Assembly (NCBI GenBank): GCA_964420625.1
Contig: CAYQUB010000001.1
Location: 1-36,813, forward strand
Length of the DNA stretch: 36,813 bases
From: an uncultured Bacteroidales bacterium
GTDB lineage: Bacteria > Bacillota_I > Bacilli_A > ML615J-28 > CAG-698
Reading direction: 5' to 3'
Shown here piece by piece: positions 33,876-36,813 of this stretch; the first letter of the stretch is position 1, and each line of letters begins with the position of its first letter. The translations under genes and the position numbers were made by a program. Under the pieces are notes generated by a model. It made no database searches, was not told the DNA's origin, and saw nothing but the letters and a program-made list of their open reading frames with translations.

Positions 33876-34106
33876 ATGAAAAAAGGAATTCATCCGAAAT
33901 ACAACACCGTAACGGTTGTTTGCACCACTTGTGGCAGCACCTTTGAAACCGGATCGGTTTTAAAAGAGATGCGGGTCGACACTTGCTCAAAATGTCATCC
34001 GTTCTACACCGGGCAGCAAAAGTTCATTCAAGCGGCTGGCCGGGTCGAAAGATTCAATAAACGCATGGCTCAAAAGCAAGAGCCAAGCCCAGACTCAAAC
34101 AAATAA
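33876..34106 (+). CDS. rpmE: 50S ribosomal protein L31 (zinc-ribbon type A)
   Basis: MKKGIHPKY...[14 protein letters not shown]...[36 protein letters not shown] ribosome-binding site is present. Confidence 0.9.
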   Translation: MKKGIHPKYNTVTVVCTTCGSTFETGSVLKEMRVDTCSKCHPFYTGQQKFIQAAGRVERFNKRMAQKQEPSPDSNK

Positions 34107-34122
34107 GTTTGAGTTTTTTTGT
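34093..34122 (+). terminator. Rho-independent terminator of rpmE
   Basis: An ACTCAAAC-loop-GTTTGAG hairpin spans the stop codon and is followed by a T7 run. Confidence 0.6.
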
Positions 34123-34133
34123 TCTTTTTTTCA

Positions 34134-34171
34134 TTTTATTGGACATTCCAAATTAAAAATGTCCAATAAAA
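34134..34171. repeat. Perfect 13-bp inverted repeat (TTTTATTGGACAT / ATGTCCAATAAAA), with a third ATTGGACAT copy at 34190-34198
   Basis: Read directly from the sequence. The spacer is 12 nt. The repeat lies between rpmE and the 3' end of the deaminase-fusion gene. Confidence 0.5.
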
Positions 34172-34245
34172 ACTTATTTTAAATCTTTCATTGGACATTT
34201 TTTGCAAGAAATGGCTTAAAATCAAATAAAATCTTCAATACTCGA

Positions 34246-35730
34246 TTACTTCAATAATTTATATCGTCTTCCTCTATTGTCGCCTTCTGCACCTATCAGT
34301 CTCAGTTCCACCAACCGATTTAAATCTCGATAAGCGGATTTTAGGTCTCTCCCAGATTCTTTCGCATATTCTGTCTTTGTTGTGATTTTCCTCAGTTTCA
34401 AATATTGATAAGCAAAGAATTCATTCTCGTTCAAAGAAGAAAACACTCCATTAAGCGACTTTTGATAACTCTTAAAGGATCTATAAAAGGTTACAATTAA
34501 ATTGGGGTTGTTAAACTCGATATTTGGGTTATACAGAGCCTTCTTCGAATCAAATAATAAATTTTTAAAGCATTCCATTCCCTTTCTGTTTCCTTCATAA
34601 AAATGTATTTTCGAAAACAAAAAAGATAGTTTTGGATTACGCTGCAAAGTTGGCGCAGAAAAGTCCCGTAACTGGTCAATTGAAATTGGCGGAGTTGGAG
34701 ATCCGGGACTAAGTACCTCAATTTTGTCATTATCTATCGAAATTCGAATTTGGGCATCTTCTCTGCTATAATCCCGATGAATCACCGCATTTAAAACCGC
34801 TTCGCGTAAGGCTCTCAAAAGTGGTTCCGATCCGGTTAGCCCACTTACGACAAATTGGGAATTAACCACTGTTGAAAGCCATTGGAAAACTGCCTGAATC
34901 TCCAAGATCAACGGTCCAGAAAATGATTTGTTTGAACCGAAAGCAGAAGCTTTTATTTCGAATTGGGGGCATGTTTGGGAAGGAAATTTCCCAAACAGCA
35001 AAACTGCTGTTCGCGAAAAAGTATGAATGGCTTTTCCATTTTTCGACTCATTGTTTGTTATTCCGGAAATTTCCAAAAAATGCCAAAAATCCGGAGAATC
35101 ATATTCGGTTTTTGAACCCGAAAGTTCAAAATATTTTTGAAAAGCATCTTTTGAAAAATCTGAATAAAAATCCATCTTCGGAACAATTACATCAAGGTAA
35201 TGGACTTTCCCGTTTTCTTTTTGTTTTGTGTCCTCAAAATAAGCCCGCAAAGAAGCATCATCCAGAAAAGCTCGATTTTCATTAATTATTTCTTCTTGAA
35301 GGTCCTTGTCAAACATTTCAACTGCTATTCCATTATCCAATAAATACTCGTGTCCTTTTCCCGAGACAGAGGGATGAGGGTCTTGTATTCCCATGTATAC
35401 TTTTTTAATCCGTGCATTAACTATTCTTTCGGCGCAGGGAAGTTTTCCTTCTCCACGTGAATTGGGCGCACACGGTTCCAAAGTTGCAAACAAAATTGCT
35501 TCCTCAAGCTTCCTTGTTCGAAGTTTCTTATCAATTAGAGTGTATTCAGCATGATCGCCGGATCGAAATTCCCCCCGATATGCGGATTCCATTGTACCAT
35601 CATCAAAAAGAATAACCGCACCAACTTTTGGGGGAACCTTTCCGTCTTTCCTTTTTTCACAGCTTGACTGTTTCATGACATTTACCGCCAATGTCATGGC
35701 TTCTCGGATCTTTTTCTGATCATTAATCAT
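34246..35730 (-). CDS. Fusion protein with an N-terminal RibD-like zinc deaminase domain, a partial AlbA_2 region, an HATPase_c_4-type domain and a C-terminal winged helix
   Basis: Deaminase motifs are GDHAEYTLI and TLEPCAPNSRGEGKLPCAERI...VYMGIQDPHPSVSGKGHEYLLDNGIAVE. Then come ..TAVLLFGKFP..SGPL.., LREAVLNAVIHRDYS, IEVLSPG, LQRNPKL and YEGNRKGM. The C-terminal HTH-like region is ITTKTEYAKESGRDLKSAYRDLNRLVELRLI. I set the start at the ATG at 35730 (MINDQKK), which is preceded by AAGGGGGA. The track start at 35769 lies next to a TGtTATAAT -10 element (35775-35783). Confidence 0.75.
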   Translation of the reverse strand: MINDQKKIREAMTLAVNVMKQSSCEKRKDGKVPPKVGAVILFDDGTMESAYRGEFRSGDHAEYTLIDKKLRTRKLEEAILFATLEPCAPNSRGEGKLPCAERIVNARIKKVYMGIQDPHPSVSGKGHEYLLDNGIAVEMFDKDLQEEIINENRAFLDDASLRAYFEDTKQKENGKVHYLDVIVPKMDFYSDFSKDAFQKYFELSGSKTEYDSPDFWHFLEISGITNNESKNGKAIHTFSRTAVLLFGKFPSQTCPQFEIKASAFGSNKSFSGPLILEIQAVFQWLSTVVNSQFVVSGLTGSEPLLRALREAVLNAVIHRDYSREDAQIRISIDNDKIEVLSPGSPTPPISIDQLRDFSAPTLQRNPKLSFLFSKIHFYEGNRKGMECFKNLLFDSKKALYNPNIEFNNPNLIVTFYRSFKSYQKSLNGVFSSLNENEFFAYQYLKLRKITTKTEYAKESGRDLKSAYRDLNRLVELRLIGAEGDNRGRRYKLLK

Positions 35731-35912
35731 CAATCTTTCCCCCTTCCAAATTATTCCAATTGTTTTCAATTTGGATTATAACATAATAGCAAAAATAAAG
35801 AAATCTTTTTTAAAATTAAAAACTCACAATTTTCGGAAATTTCCCATAGATATTTATGTTTCTCAAAACTTTTTTCGTTTCTCAGTCTTAGAAATTTGTT
35901 AAACCGGATTTT

Positions 35913-36353
35913 TTAAACCTTCCGAACGGATTTATCATAATCCGCCGCGACCCATTTCTTGCCCTTTTGAATGATCTGGTGTCCCTCTTGCTCCAACCGG
36001 CGTTTGTGTTCGGCGATCCCGCCCGGGAACCGCTCGTTCAGTTCGCCCTTTTTCTTTAAAGTCCGCCAATAAGGGGTGATGTCGTCCGACCCCTGCTTCA
36101 TTCTTTTCGCGAAGGCATGAGCCGCCGAATTGGCAAAGATGCGGGCGGACATTCCCGCCGTTTCGTCGGCTCCGTGCTTTCGGGCCAGATAAAGGTTGAT
36201 CTCCTCATAGGTGATCAGTTGACCGGGTCCGGCCAGGCGCATCGCTTCGTCGTATTCCAGAGGCGAAGGAAGAATGACTTTTCGGCCTTCATTTTCTTCG
36301 ATCCGCGGAAAACCCTTGGTTCCCCGAAGCATTTCCTCATCAGTTTTTCCCAT
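35913..36353 (-). CDS. MGMT-family DNA-binding protein lacking the acceptor cysteine (alkyltransferase-like)
   Basis: 146 aa. LITYEEINLYLARKHG...SAAHAFA...ITPYWRTLKKKGELN matches the O6-alkylguanine transferase DNA-binding domain pattern (G.v.tY..iA....aaRaVG.A....iPcHRVv...G). PYWR sits where PCHR normally is. Confidence 0.6.
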   Translation of the reverse strand: MGKTDEEMLRGTKGFPRIEENEGRKVILPSPLEYDEAMRLAGPGQLITYEEINLYLARKHGADETAGMSARIFANSAAHAFAKRMKQGSDDITPYWRTLKKKGELNERFPGGIAEHKRRLEQEGHQIIQKGKKWVAADYDKSVRKV

Positions 36354-36371
36354 TGGTCCGTTCTTTCGCTT

Positions 36372-36399
36372 AAAAAAACTCCCGTAAAAATTACGGGAG
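36372..36399 (-). terminator. Rho-independent terminator after lemA
   Basis: On the minus strand, a CTCCCGTAA-TTT-TTACGGGAG hairpin is followed by a T7 run. Confidence 0.6.
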
Positions 36400-36407
36400 C
36401 ATTTTTC

Positions 36408-36813
36408 TTAAAATTTGACTTTCGGAGCTTCTCTTTGCGCTTCTTCAACGACTTGGAAGAATTGCGCGGCCTTGAAACCAAACAGGTTCGCGATGATGTT
36501 GCTCGGGAACAATTCGATTTTGTTATTGTAAGCCAAAACGGTGTCATTGTAAAATTGCCGGCTGAACGAGATCTTGTCTTCGGTGTCTTTCAGTTGCGCC
36601 ATCATGTCCTGGAAACTGACATTGGCTTTCAGTTCCGGATATTGTTCCGAAACCATGAGCAACCGGCTTAAGGTTCCGCCCAAAGTAGCGTTGGCTTGCG
36701 CCATCTGTTCGACGTTTCCGCTTTGTTGGCCTTGGGCATACAAGCCGCGGGCTTTCGCGAATTCTTCAAAAATTCCCTTTTCCAAACTAGCATAGCCTTT
36801 GACGGTCTCGGCC
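36408..36813 (-). CDS. lemA: LemA family protein, 5' end outside the window
   Basis: ..YASLEKGIFEEFAKARG...LSRLLMVSEQYPELKANVSFQDMMAQL..TEDKISFSRQFYNDTVLAYNNKIELFPSNIIANLFGF is the characteristic LemA C-terminal region. The frame stays open upstream of the track start (a TTG at 36785) to the window edge. Confidence 0.85.
   Translation of the reverse strand, partial: AETVKGYASLEKGIFEEFAKARGLYAQGQQSGNVEQMAQANATLGGTLSRLLMVSEQYPELKANVSFQDMMAQLKDTEDKISFSRQFYNDTVLAYNNKIELFPSNIIANLFGFKAAQFFQVVEEAQREAPKVKF

Noticed and set aside
36117-36671. 184-aa plus-strand ORF spanning the MGMT-like gene, a terminator and lemA
   Set aside because: It crosses a strong minus-strand terminator hairpin and is antisense to two genes with clear family signatures.
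1-36813. Mobile elements, prophage genes, CRISPR-Cas, toxin-antitoxin pairs, tRNA or rRNA genes
   Set aside because: I saw no transposase, integrase or recombinase-like ORF, no terminal inverted repeats bounding a segment, and no repeat-spacer array. No intergenic region is long enough or shows tRNA-like T-arm strings. The collagen-like protein resembles phage fibre motifs, but it carries a lipobox and has no phage neighbours.

Overview
A 36.8 kb chromosomal segment of a Gram-positive-type bacterium (Firmicutes or Mollicutes-related). This is suggested by GGAGG-type ribosome-binding sites, TTGACA/TATAAT promoters, lipobox lipoproteins, and TGA used as a stop codon. Nearly all coding capacity is explained by about 29 genes. 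From left to right they are:

(1) A minus-strand block that looks like a muropeptide / amino-sugar salvage locus. It holds GH20 hexosaminidase, a GHL10 hydrolase, LD-carboxypeptidase, a PIG-L deacetylase, a double GNAT, a beta-lactamase-fold serine hydrolase, an M19 dipeptidase and diaminopimelate decarboxylase, led by dusB.

(2) A frameshifted, 5'-truncated remnant of a surface-protein gene, followed by an intact 1087-aa lipoprotein. The lipoprotein has an Ig-like domain, collagen-like GTN repeats, a Listeria-Bacteroides repeat and long helical repeat modules.

(3) panE.

(4) A heterodimeric ABC exporter pair.

(5) A plus-strand exopolysaccharide-type module. It consists of a split, histidine-less metallo-beta-lactamase-like domain, a degenerate GGDEF domain and a pseudo-receiver, then a membrane-anchored HEAT-like protein, then a processive GT2 synthase.

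(6) A convergent agmatinase-family gene plus a tandem-duplicated AdoMetDC-like (pyruvoyl decarboxylase fold) gene.

(7) An operon of a surface LRR lipoprotein with a second heterodimeric ABC exporter pair.

(8) tdk-tadA, followed by a promoter-hairpin-terminator unit that may be a small RNA.

(9) rpmE.

(10) An AT-rich single-gene insert encoding a RibD-like deaminase fused to an AlbA_2/HATPase_c_4/wHTH module.

(11) An MGMT-family (ATL-like) gene and a partial lemA.

I saw no rRNA, tRNA, CRISPR array, transposase or integrase. All functional calls come from motif recognition by eye, and no database search was run. The most interesting candidates are the deaminase-HATPase_c_4 fusion, the pseudo-enzyme signalling protein coupled to the GT2 synthase, and the tandem AdoMetDC-like protein coupled to agmatinase.
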